DNA of 63,868 nt, counting the filler, from Octopus bimaculoides (Eukaryota): the NCBI RefSeq assembly GCF_001194135.2. It is 5 parts of 5 records of this genome, joined end to end, with 100 filler letters (N's around TTAATTAATTAA, not from the genome) between each part and the next. Parts side by side here need not be neighbours in the genome. Positions count along the whole stretch, not along the records: positions 62,225 to 63,868 come from NW_026417265.1; 4 more parts are not named here. One strand, written 5' to 3'. The notes beneath the pieces were generated by a model. The model did not search any database, was not told the origin of the DNA, and worked only from the letters and a program-made list of their open reading frames with translations. Within the stretch, counting starts at the first letter, position 1; each line of letters starts with the position of its first letter. Position numbers and translations under genes: made by a program. Positions 63,505 to 63,868 of this stretch are shown here, piece after piece.

Positions 63505-63840
63505 TGCTGAGACCCCCTTCGTTCATGACTGACCATGAGATTGCACCTAGAAAGTTACCCTCCCAGGCACAAGTCCGGGCAAGGTTGTTTTATGGGAGAC
63601 CAGCAGTCGCCTATGCATACCGACCTCACCTCTCCACGCCACCAGTGTTATCCAAGGGAAAGATAAAGGGGCCGATACAACTTGGCACCTGTGACATCGC
63701 AATTCATTTCTACAGCTGAGTGAACTGGAGTAAACGTGAAATGAAGTGTCTTGCTCAACACGCATCCCGGTCCAGGATTCGAACTCACAACCTCACGATC
63801 GCAAGCTCGACGCTCTAACCACTGAGCCATGCGCTTTCAC
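63505..63840 (-). mobile_element. Full-length tRNA-derived SINE (~335 bp)
   Basis: A box TGGCTCAGTGG and B box GTTCGAATCC on the minus strand, then a long unique body. Confidence 0.82.
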
Positions 63841-63868
63841 GTATGTATATATATATATATATATATAT

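Overview
Repeat-dominated, AT-rich eukaryotic draft-genome DNA. The SINE families and microsatellite load look like a coleoid cephalopod (Octopus-like); this is recalled pattern matching, not a database result. Four identical 100-bp spacers (N44-TTAATTAATTAA-N44) split the window into five pieces (1-14084, 14185-27710, 27811-38946, 39047-62124, 62225-63868) whose adjacency is not guaranteed. Almost all ORFs in the supplied track are microsatellite or N artefacts. Host genes supported by splice signals and protein motifs: four consecutive internal exons of WDR83/MORG1 (+; 1954-2178, 4838-4950, 10303-10435, 12824-12932) and the last coding exon of a C20orf85/CIMIP1(LLC1)-like gene (-; 46991-47257). 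Mobile DNA includes tRNA-derived SINEs, RTE, R4/Dong-like, HERO-like and CR1/Jockey-like LINE remnants, Penelope-like GIY-YIG remnants, mariner, a DD37D maT-like element, a Chapaev3-like transposase and several MITEs. Two things stand out. (1) The last visible WDR83 exon has two antisense copies inside its own pre-mRNA: a ~0.9-kb inverted duplication carrying a pseudo-exon, and a small inverted-repeat element that has captured a perfect 35-nt antisense of the exon end plus 5' splice site. (2) There are about eleven minimal type-I hammerhead ribozyme motifs from several families, including three co-oriented within 0.9 kb and three fold-back elements with outward-reading hammerheads. All functional interpretations are untested inference.
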